From assembly GCF_031769215.1 (NCBI RefSeq), contig NW_026781950.1, positions 1,550,001-1,614,000 of the forward strand: a DNA stretch of 64,000 nt, read 5' to 3'. Below the pieces are notes generated by a model. It ran no database searches, was not told where the DNA came from, and saw only the letters and a list, made by a program, of their open reading frames with translations. Of the stretch, positions 40,241 through 51,998 are shown in pieces. The stretch is from Ylistrum balloti. Lineage: Eukaryota. Made by a program: the position numbers and the translations under genes. Positions within the stretch are counted from its first letter, which is position 1. Every line of letters starts with the position of its first letter.

Positions 40241-42359
40241 GTCGATTTATATTAAAATCTCGTTTCATCAAATTTTAGTTTGAATAAAAGTCTGGAGACA
40301 CGTCGGATTATTCTTAAAAAGATATGTTTTTAAAGCTGAGAAATGTATTATCTTATAAAGATAGAATAATCTTTACTTAAAGATTTAATGTATAATGAAG
40401 GAACCTATGATTAGCAAAACAATGCCAATGATCTAGATTTTTTTTTCTTGGACTAACATTAATTATTATATGAAATCCATTATCTTTCTGTCTATTCTCC
40501 AGATTTGTACTAAAGTTGTCTATTTATGTCATTTTTATAATCACTACTGTGGTCTCAACCGCGAAATATTAAAATTCAAATCTACAATGTTTACTTAATT
40601 GGTTTCATTAAGCACATGCCTGGTTGAATATACGTATCATAACCAACTGTCTCCAGTCTGTGAAAAAGTTACGACTGAATATATCAATTTTCCCTTATTT
40701 GACCAAATTACAGGCGAGTTTCATGAAAGTATACGCGAGAAATCAGATAGAATCAATGACGTGTACGAAACCCGAATTAAATTTGTACGATAAAATGGAT
40801 AACATTTGCTAACACTTCAGTTGAAATATTTCAAATTCCAGCAATTTTATGAAAATCCCTGCATACCCTTATGAAACGGTTGTAAATTAAATACTGGGGA
40901 TTCCAAGCTAAGAAATGAAACGTCAAGTCTTGTTAGTTATTTACAGAGCTCTCATTTAGGTATCTGACATTCTAAGTTACAATTGTAAAGATCTGTGACC
41001 GTACTGGTGCTCAAATACTTTTAGTGATAAACTAATATCAGAATCAATATCTAAAATTGATTAAATAGGACATCGGAAATACTTCAATAGAGATATTCTG
41101 TTAAAAGTCTGGGTTGTTATATCTTTATACTCGTGATTTAAGCCAATTTAAAGAAAGTGGAAAGACGCACAGATCTTTTGCTTGAACATGGGAATATACA
41201 TCAAAATTTATGTATGTATTGTTGCATGCGTTGTAAAATAAACCCATGATATAGGTTAGGATTTAGTCTTTGTCACGGCCGCATAACATTTTAATTGCCT
41301 GAAAAATCAATATTTTTCTTTCGTCTAGAATTGCATTACATATGAAAGGCAATGGATGGCGTTCATCTCAAAATCCTGGACAAATTGTCTTTCATGTAAG
41401 CAATCAGACATCAATTCATCAATGTAAATTGTCAGTGATACAGGGCAACTTCCGGTCATATCTGATATCCCTACATCAAGACGCCATGATTTTTTTTCTT
41501 CTTTTTTTAATGTTTTTTTTTTTTCTTTTTGTACTCAGATTTTGGCTCTATTTTCCTCTAGACGGTTGATATAGTCTATAATAATGTACATACACTTTTT
41601 TTGTTTTTACATAATATCAGGGTTTCTTTTCGTTAGTTTTTTTTAATGTTTGTGTGCTTTTACATTTATAATTTAACTAGAATTGATTACATGATTATAT
41701 CTAGATAGCAGAAAACATCAAGCTGTTTACAACGTTTACTGAGGTTTAGCTGACACTTAAACCGGAGTTTGTCACCACGCAGTTACAAAATGAGTGGGCT
41801 GCAGCAAGCACGCGTTAGTAAACGTGGATAGAAAAGCGTGGGTAGCATTTGGTATATTCGCTTGTGACATTCACATTCCCGTTGGGGGTATTTACGGTGC
41901 GCATGGATTTGTTAGTAGGCAAGAAAATATTTTTCTAACCACCAATTTATCAATAAGAGTAACGTGCATGTCATTGTCTATGTATCCTATCCAGTTGTAG
42001 GTGTGGCGTCATAGGATTGTGGATTTGACGAGATTTTAATCCAAAGAGTGACTAGTTTCGACAACATGTTGTTATATGTATCTGTCGTCAACTTACTTGA
42101 CGTCAAAGTAAGAGTTTGATTTCAAAATATTCTAGCATGTCGGTGTATTTAGTAGCATTATGACTACAATGTTGTTATCATCATCATGAGTTTGACGGCA
42201 AAATATTTCTACAGAACATTGGTATACCCACAAATACTATCAGTGGTAGACATTGCTGGTGAACATGCACGTCACGTTTCAATTCGTTCGAAAAGAGGCT
42301 CAGTTCTGAATATACACATGTATCTTACGTTGTTGTGATATATGCAGATAATGATATTT

Positions 42360-42595
42360 ATTAATTATGAAGCTAGTTCATTTCCTCGTCTAGTTTTTTT
42401 TTTTACTTTTCTTTCGATCAATTTGGATTTTTCAAATTCGCCTCTTGGGCTTCAAAATTAAGGCCCATCGCATCACTGATGAGTCCTAGAAGGACGAAGT
42501 AGCTGTTTGACCAACTCAGTTTAATTGTTTGGCTCTACTGTATCTAAATTTGTACTGAAATATCATATTTTCCTGTAAGTCTTTTGTACAAACAG
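42360..42595 (+). ncRNA. Hammerhead-repeat family copy; hammerhead motif at 42470-42513
   Basis: GCATCA-CTGATGA-GTCC-TAGAA-GGAC-GAAGT-AGCT-GTT-TGACCA. CUGAUGA core and stem II are intact; GAAA is mutated and the 3' arm of stem I is partly broken. Confidence 0.85.
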
Positions 42596-44984
42596 CCGTC
42601 CAAAGTAGCTGACCTGCCCACTTTCCTGTTTGATAAGAGACCAGATTTCGTCTTGCATAAGGCGAATTTGCCTTTACTGTGTAGTAATCTGCCGGTTTCC
42701 CCAATCTACTACTGTATTGCTGATATTTCTATAACTTTAATATAGATATGTTCAGAGTATATGTCGATAAGTACGGAAATTACTTGTAACCATGTGCGCG
42801 ATTCTTAATCGAAAATTAGGTTTGCTGGCTTTTTTGTATTCTATTCTTTCACATTACGTACTCGACCGTCCAATTTCAATTTTGAAATTTTATTTTGAAA
42901 TGGTGATATATATATATATGTTGTTTTGAATGAAATGTTTAAAGTATGCTTTATTTACATCTTTTCCCTGTAATTTTGCAGAATTGGCGAGAACCGTGAT
43001 GTGTGCAAGTATCACATTACTTATACGATGAAATGCATCTAAACATATTTTTTTTCCTGTTTTTCTTTTTTTGTGGTAGGGGTGAGGGATGTTGTTACAT
43101 GGTCCTAAAATACCTTTTCGTGATAATACTGCCTTAAATTTTAAATCAGATATCATAATTCATTGTTGTGGTCTCCACACAAAGGTACAGGTCGTGGTGT
43201 TCTGAATTGGTTTGTAAATTACAATCTTAAAATCAATCAATGTTGAATTTAAATGTTTGGAAAATGGTGTTAAGATAAATATCCTTGTAATAGTGATAAG
43301 ACATCAAAATGGAAACCAACAGGGTTGGTCACCTTAACAGAATAGGTACCAATAGCTTAACAGTTGTCACCACGCAACGCCAACATAAACGGGGTTGCAT
43401 GTGTCAGTACACGTGAATAGGAGGTGGGGAAGACGCTCTCGGTGAAAATTCTATTAATAATAGCCTCTCCGATAGAGAATATATGTAAAAGCCTAACACG
43501 TTATAGAAACACGTATCCATCTCCCATACCTTTAATCCATATATTCTAAATTTTATGTTTATTGTCAACATCAACGGGAAATCCGCAGGGGGGCTAGCTT
43601 TAGACTTGACAAAAGGATCGGTTTGTGTCAAAATATCAGTTGAAATCACCAGGTGGTTGCATCATGTAGTTTAGGAGATAAGGACTTAAGGTTAAGAGTT
43701 CATGAAATACAAAAAAAAAAAAAAAGGACCACACTGATGAAGTTAATTGCCATTTAACGTTTTATAAGATACTTGTACATGGTCGGTTAATTAATTAGAA
43801 TTTAACTTTAAAGGTCTATTTCCCTGCCATCAAGGCTTTTGTTATATAGTATCATCAACCCAATTTTTTGTAATAATTGTCTCGACCAATTGTATTCTGT
43901 TTCAGAAACACAGAATGTATGACATATCATCACAATGATAATGTAGTGACGGATCTCATCCAAAATGTTTGCTTTGCTTGTTGTCATAGTTGTCGCAATA
44001 TCTGACCAAAAAAAATTGGTAAAAATGCGTTGAGCACTCAAAACAAGGCAAATCTCTAAGATAATCAGTTACGTAAAATCATAAATATATACATACATAT
44101 TTTATTTCTCGTGGATCTCTTTTTGCTATCCAAGTATCTTGTCAGATCAAAGAGTTTTACTGTGACCAACATTATGTGCTAAACATGATTGTAAATCAAA
44201 TGAACATCAAACAGCTGCTATTTTTAGGGTTTTTTCCGTTTCAAATTCCAAATGTAACATGTTGCGTTATATATTATAAATCAAAATGACTGAAATTGAA
44301 CCTCAGGGTTAGGGAAATGACGCAATGATGTTAGTTTATTACCTAGGAATGGTTTGTATCCATTAGGGCCATAGCCCTATGAGTCTTTAACACCATGTTT
44401 ATCTATCAATTACCCTGCCTTTTAAACAAAATGTCAGTTCGGGTGTACCCATTTATCCATTTGTAACGTCAGAATATGTAAACAGGAAATATGTTTTTTT
44501 TTAAATTTTTTTCTTATTTGTTTCCCGTTAATGATTTTTTTTTTCAAAGAGTTTTCTTCTTTATAAAAAAGTAAGAGATGATACTGAGATTATTAGAAAA
44601 AAACATGCATATTTATATAGATACAAAACAAAGATAAAAAGTGAAAAAAAACAACAACAATAAATGTGTTAAAATTGATGCTTTGAATGAAACTGCCGAT
44701 ATTGATGGGGTAGTGGTTTTTAATTGGTTTTGATACAGCAATGACGGTGAGATAAATCGATAAATAATGCACAAACACATCGAACATATATATCCCATGG
44801 ATAACTTTAAATTAGTCTGGGCAGACAGAAGTAACGTTTGACAATACCCTAGTGGATAGTTGTTCATGCCTCCTAATTCTGTTACACTAATTACACGCAC
44901 GTAACACACATACGCCTTTGCACCTTCGTATCTTGTACTCTACCATTGCTCAACCTTAGATTGCTGGTATGCTACAATACAATG

Positions 44985-45200
44985 TTTATGGAGCTAGTAC
45001 ACCTCCCTATCCAGTTTTTTTTTTTTTTTTTTAAACTTTTCTTTCGATAATTATTGATTTTTCTCTGTCCTTTCCTAGGCTGCATAATTTAGGCCCTTAG
45101 CATCACTAACGAGTCCTAGAAGGACGAAACAGATGCAGGGTGCAGTTCTATTCATTGTTTGGCTCTACTCTATCTAACTCTATCTAAATGAGCCAGTTTA
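44985..45200 (+). ncRNA. Hammerhead-repeat family copy; hammerhead motif at 45100-45143
   Basis: GCATCA-CTAACGA-GTCC-TAGAA-GGAC-GAAAC-AGAT-GCA-GGGTGC. G5>A in the core, stem II intact, flanks colinear with the other copies. Confidence 0.85.
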
Positions 45201-45569
45201 TCATTTGAAAGACTTTATGATTGCAAGACGTACCAAGAAACACTTGTTTGGAAACTGTTTGTATCCATGTAGTAACACCTGAAACATAATATAAGATAAG
45301 AATAGAAGCAAGATTCCGAAACTGACACGGTTTTATAAGGATGATGGATGGACACCACTAGTGGTAATGAGTTAATCATCATTTCAACACGAATCAAATT
45401 ATAGGAGACATCGACATACAAAGCAACATATATATTCAGATGAACAATATAAAACATGAAATATTAGAACGTATTATACGAAAAATGAAAATAATTTTTT
45501 AGGCATGTGTGAATCATTTTAGTGAGTTTTATATCATAATCGTGATTGAAGTTAATATATCAATATCAA

Positions 45570-45856
45570 AATCTCATCTTTTCGTCTTGACGCCCAGAGA
45601 AGACGAGATTTAACTACATTGTAACACTAAATCTCCTCTTTTTGGAGAAATAACAAACTAGAACTCTCGGTTTCTGAACCCGGAAAGAAGAATATCAATG
45701 TCACTTACTAGCTTGCATTTATTTCTTCTTTTCTAGTATGATTTGTCGTCTTCTCGTCGGTTTTTCGGGGCGAAAAGACGAGAATTATGGTTTGTAAATG
45801 CTCGCCTTTTCGGGCCGAAAAGACGGAATAACGCAATGGTACAAATCAGCCACCGG
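45570..45856. mobile_element. Palindrome-rich non-autonomous element fragment
   Basis: Repeated self-complementary units of the form CGTCTTTTCG-GG/CC-CGAAAAGACG (45576-45610, 45750-45782, 45803-45825), ending in ACAAATCAGCCACCG. No matching left terminus seen. Confidence 0.45.
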
Positions 45857-46318
45857 TTGTTATGAACTTGCAGATTCCCAACATTTTACCTGCCATCAAT
45901 AGATATACCTCCCAACAACGATCATATTATTCACTCTTTTTTAGAAATTATCACCTACTACATTAAAACGAACCTTTGCCACCGTTCTATTACACACTGT
46001 TGTAACTTGATAATATGGCAGACATAGTTATGGCATCGCTGATAGAGATTACCGTTAGACATTGTGATAGATAGATAGATGTATTTACTACGGTTATATA
46101 ATTTGCGGCACGTAATGATAGTTTATAACATATTCTATCACGTGATCTTATTTTGTCAGACATTTTTGAACGGATTCAGGTATCACGAAATTTTGAAAAT
46201 ATCAACACAAACATGACCTATTTCGTTTCCAACATGTATTTTATCAACTTTTAACCTCATATATTTAATGTTTTTTGTCGTCGCAAATAAATAAATGGAT
46301 CTGTGGGTGGATGATGAA

Positions 46319-46343
46319 GGATGGATGGATGGATGGATGGATG
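46319..46343. repeat. (GGAT)n microsatellite
   Basis: Direct read. Confidence 0.9.
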
Positions 46344-47951
46344 ATCGTTAACAGATAACCTAAGGCATAAACAGGAGATGTACAGTAGCGTTTCACCATA
46401 TACATGTACCGCAATCCAGCGTGGGCTGTGGTACGTGTTGCAACACGTGAACAAGTAAGCGTATGCTGCTCAATACCATTTCTTGACCGCTAATATTCAT
46501 AATTCCGACTAGAAAAACATTTTAGAAATGTTCTGAACCACATTTGTTATCATTTATGACAGAACTCCGCCAGGACAGCCCATACGTTTTATCGTTACTG
46601 TTCTTATCGGTTTTTCTGTCCCGATGTTGGACGGGTATAACCGTATTTGTCATAGAAATTGATATTATCTAATGAGCTGTCAGTTAACACATCATCAATT
46701 TTAAAATTTAATTATTTTAAACACGTTTTAAAAAGAAATTTCATACTATCAATTCATCAGAACCACATCATCGTGTTTAATGTGTGTTGTAGCAATTATA
46801 GATATTTAAGGGAGGGGTTCGTCACTATTAATAGCAGTTAATATCAAAATAGTGCGTGTGTGATGTTTTTTCCCACTAGAGTTTGGAATTTTATCAATAA
46901 TATTTACGGAATTGGATTTTTTTCCCATCCCTTCCCCTTTTTTCAAACATGCATGGGGTAATGAATATATCAGGTATCCATAGATATTTCTTCAACCTAT
47001 ATTAACTAGCGAAATTACTATAAGTACAAGGTTTGTAACTGTATACATATCAAGTTAAATATATGTATTATAGGTTTTATAAATGTACTAACTTGGAAGC
47101 AATTTCAGCATTTATAGTCTAATATTGAGATGAAGTTCGAATTCCAGATCGAAAGTCTACGGTTTATTAAGTACATTATGTACATGTACATATACTTAAT
47201 GGTGCATGTGCACGACTTTGTAGAAAATTACAGCAATCGCATCTCTACCCATTTGATATATTAACTGCAGCAAAAGCGAACGGATTCGATGCATAATCAG
47301 CCGATGTCGATCTTTTCAACGAGTACAGAATAAGAAATGTTAAATGACATTTAGATAAAAACAAAATCAAATCATATTTTGTTAGTTGTGCAAGTTGATG
47401 CTTGAGAAGCGAGATGTGATTTCATTTTAATTAATTATTTTTTTATTTGAATATTGTTATCACCACAATTATTTTCCCGTCTTCATTAATACTATGCGCT
47501 GTGTAATGTAACGCTCCTTGCCCTGTCATTTTTGATGCCGCATCAGAGATCCTGAACACATCTATTGGTAATACGACTAAACTAAAATCTAATTTGGAAT
47601 CGAGAGCAGCATTCCGGACAGTGCAATGACAAGTTAGCGGCTTCTGTATAAAAGAAAAGAAAGGAAAAGAAAAATCAAGATTGGAATATGGCGAGAAAAG
47701 CTTGTAAAGTATTGTAAAATCGGTAACACCATGCATACATTGAGATTTTATGGAAAAACTCAAAATAAACTAACAATGTCATCTAGTTAGAACATTTGTA
47801 TAAATGAAGAAGAAAAGAATAATTGTGATTAGAAATGTTATTTTTAAAAGTTGTCTTGACATTATACAGAAATTTTGCTGTTCTAAAAATCAGATATTTT
47901 AGCAAGCGTGACAAAACTACAAGAAAATCCGATTTTCAAAATTGTGAGAAA

Positions 47952-47952
<1 letters not shown>

Positions 47953-47989
<37 letters not shown>
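47953..47989. repeat. Poly-C tract (C37)
   Basis: Direct read. Confidence 0.95.
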
Positions 47990-47991
<2 letters not shown>

Positions 47992-48792
47992 CCCTCCACT
48001 GTCATCTCTCTTTTTGCTGTATCTATTTGTATCTGTATTCTAAATTTTCATTGAAAGGTGGTGTATAGCTGTGCGTCTTTTGTAAAATATTTGGAAGATG
48101 TAGACGATTGCGCCTGAAGATCTTGAAGAAGAATCTGCTTTGCTAAATTTCAAATATTGATTGGTCGTGAAAATGGTGGCATGTTAACTACATAGACCAA
48201 ATCGACGAAAACAAAGAATACAAGGTATATGATCGACAGTGCAAACTATTGTATTAAAGGGATATATCGCCCAAGTTACAAGTATTTTTGGCTGTTCTTG
48301 ACGTGTACCTTTAGGAATTTATTCTAATGACCATCAAAACTGGTGTTGGCATCAAAATATCTCTCCTATATGGTCGTTTGGACGGGCGAAATTGATGCCA
48401 AACCGTTTAAATGTAGCGCATAGTGGAATCCGGAACTGATAGAACACTAAGATCCTAGATTTTATACAGCGAATTGGGTAAATACACAAAGGTATTGAAG
48501 TTATTCGATCTCTCAACGTCATCCCATTGTGACCTTTATAATGTGTTGCTTACAATTTAAACAATGGGGAGAATTTTAAGCTGTGATTGTATTAAAGAAA
48601 ATCTAATCACTACCGGTTTTCGAAACATACAATTAATTATTTCTTTAGTGTATGTGTAAAGCGTCCCTGAACATAGGTTACATATTACACAAATGTACCA
48701 AGTGTGAAACTCCATGGCAGCAGTAGATAACTATGACTGCATTTACGCTGTATACGTTCATTACGTCCCGACATCGAAATCACATATCTATC

Positions 48793-48985
48793 TTTACGCC
48801 CTATTAATAGTCAAGGTCATTTAAAGACGTACCAAGTTTGGTTTGTGGAGGAAAACCGAAATTTCCGGAAAAAAAAAACCCACCGACCTGCTGCTAGTGC
48901 CTAGCGACTGTCCAGCGTAGGTCTCGAACCCGCGACCCAGAGTTGGAGGGCTTGTGATGAAGACGCTCAGAGACCTTAACTACTT
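48793..48985 (-). mobile_element. tRNA-derived SINE, family S2
   Basis: Minus strand has B-box GGGTTCGAGACC (48931-48920), core GGTGGGTTTT..CCGGAAATTTCGGTTTTCCTCCACA and 3' part GTCTTTAAATGACCTTGACTATTAATAGGGCGTAAA. The core is related to S1; head and tail differ. Confidence 0.75.
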
Positions 48986-49800
48986 AAGAGAGACGATTAA
49001 CCACTAAGATGATTGAATGTATTTCCAAGATTGAGATATAGAAAGAGCGACACTCTCGACGTGCTATCATAATGGATAACGTGGTGGTGTTTCATTGCAG
49101 GCAACATTTACAAAATGTAGGTGTACAATTTATATCTAGAAAACACCTTTTGGAGGGTTTGGTTAAAATCAAAAGCGTTTAAGTTATTCTGGAGATTAAT
49201 TTCTAACATTGACCTACATCATATGAAGACAGAAACACATAGATATAGCGAGTTATACCACTCCATGGAGAGACAGGCGTTGTACATGTGGGGGTAATTG
49301 TAGCGAGTCTTACAATCTCATAGATTGACATTCAATCAGATAACACAGATAGCAACATCTAGGGCTTTGCCAACCCACGCGCATTGGATTAGAGAATCGT
49401 GCAGTTAAAAAATCTCATTTATTTCTTCTGTATATAAATACTTCCGTGATAGCGATGACTGGTGAAAAGTGTGTTTTTATCGTTTTTCTATATGTTAAGT
49501 GTCAACAGCGATTAAATTGATTGAAGCTGTACTGTTGAAAGATAGTTTTTTACTTTGATATAGCGTGTCGGTTGATATTATCGGGTGACTGATTTGAAAT
49601 AAATTTTTTTTATGTTTTATATGTCTCTTGTCTTTTCGGCGGAACATGTAGAACATTTCGATACGATTTACATTGACGCCTAGTTAGTCACTAAACATGT
49701 ACAAATGGAATTGTGAAAAAAAAAATCATCGACAAAACAATTATAACACTGACAATAAAAAGAACTATGATAGTATGTATAAAATTGAAAATGATATTAG

Positions 49801-51998
49801 TTAAAACATTGTGTATAAATCGGTTATTACATTGTGAATAAATCGGTTATTACATTGTGAATAAATCGGTTATAACATTGTGTATAAATCGGTTATTACA
49901 TTGTGAATAAATCGGTTATATTGTGAATAAACATTGTGAATAAATCGGTTATAACATTGTGAATAAAAATCTGTTATAACGTTGTGAATAAATCGGTTAT
50001 TACAATGTGAATAAATCGGTTATTACATTGTGAATAAATCGGTTATAACATTGTGAATAAATCGGTTATGACATTGTGAATAAATCGGTTATTACATTGT
50101 GAATAAATCGGTTATTACATTGTGAATAAATCATTTATTGCATTGTGAATAAATCGGTAATTACATTGTCAATAAATCATTTATTGCATTGTGTATACTT
50201 CATTTAAAACATTGTGAATAAATCGGTGAATAAATCGGTTATAACATTGTGAATAAATCGGTTATAACATTGTGAATAAATCGGTTATTACATTGTGAAT
50301 CAATCGGTCATAACATTGTGAATAAATCGGTTATTACATTGTGAATAAATCGGTCATTACATTGTGAATAATTCGGTTATAACATGGTGAATAAATCAGT
50401 TATAACATTGTGAATAAATCGATTATTACATTGTGAATAAATCATTTATTACATTGTGAATAAATCAGTTATTACATTGTGAATCAATCGGTTATAACAT
50501 TGTGAATAAATCGGTTATTACATTGTGAATAAATCGGTTATTACATTGTGAATAATTCGGTTATTACATTGTGAATAAATCATTTATTGCATTGTGAATA
50601 AATCGGTAATTACATTGTCAATAAATCATTTATTGCATTGTGTATACTTCATTTAAAACATTGTGAATAAATCGGTGAATAAATCGGTTATAACATTGTG
50701 AATAAATCGGTTATAACATTGTGAATAAATCGGTTATTACATTGTGAATCAATCGGTCATAACATTGTGAATAAATCGGTTATTACATTGTGAATAAATC
50801 GGTCATTACATTGTGAATAATTCGGTTATAACATGGTGAATAAATCAGTTATAACATTGTGAATAAATCGATTATTACATTGTGAATAAATCATTTATTA
50901 CATTGTGAATAAATCGGTAATTACATTGTCAATAAATCATTTATTGCATTGTGTATACTTCATTTAAAACATTGTGAATAAATCGGTGAATAAATCGGTT
51001 ATAACATTGTGAATAAATCGGTTATAACATTGTGAATAAATCGGTTATTACATTGTGAATCAATCGGTTATTACATTGTGAATAAATCGGTTATTACATT
51101 GTGAATAAATCGGTTATTACATTGTGAATAAATCATTTATTGCATTGTGTATACTTCATTTAAAACATTGTGAATAAATCGGTGAATAAATCAGTTATTA
51201 CATTGTGAATAAATCGGTTATTACATTTATAAATCGGTTATTACATTGTGAATAAATCGGTTATTACATTGTGAATAAATCATTTATTGCATTGTGAATA
51301 AATCGGTAATTACATTGTTAATAAATCATTTATTGCATTGTGTATACTTCATTTAAAACATTGTGAATAAATCGGTGAATAAAATAACATTGTGAATAAA
51401 TCGGTTATAACATTGTGAATAAATCGGTTATTACATTGTGAATCAATCGGTTATAACATTGTGAATAAATCGGTTATTACATTGTGAATAAATCGGTTAT
51501 TACATTGTGAATAATCGGTTATTACATTGTGAATAAATCATTTATTGCATTGTGAATAAATCGGTTATTACATTGTGAATAAATCATTTATTGCATTGTG
51601 TATACTTCATTTAAAACATTGTGAATAAATCGGTGAATAAATCAGTTATTACATTGTGAATAAATAATTTATAACATTGTGAATAAATCGGTTATTACAT
51701 TGTGAATAAATCGGTTATTACATTGTGAATAAATCGGTTATTACATTGTGAATAAATCATTTATTGCATTGTGAATAAATCGGTAATTACATTGTTAATA
51801 AATCATTTAATTTAAAACATTGTGAATAAATCGGTTATTACATTGTGAATAAATCGGTTATTACATTGTGAATAAATCGGTTATTACATTGTGAATAAAT
51901 CATTTATTACATTGTGAATAAATCAGTTATAACATTGTGTATAAATAATTTAAAACATTGTGAATAAATCGGTTATTACATTGTGAATAAATCAGTCA
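49801..51998. repeat. Satellite array, 23-bp monomer ATAAATCGGTTATTACATTGTGA, roughly 90-95 units
   Basis: Direct read. Recurrent variants (CGGTTATAAC, CATTTATTGC, CGGTAATTAC, CAGTTAT) and a landmark insert GTGTATACTTCATTTAAAAC at 50191, 50640, 50951, 51147, 51340 and 51598. Confidence 0.98.

Noticed and set aside
49801-51998. CRISPR-like appearance of the 23-bp repeat array
   Set aside because: The repeats are contiguous with no unique spacers, there are no cas genes, and the context is eukaryotic. It is a satellite.
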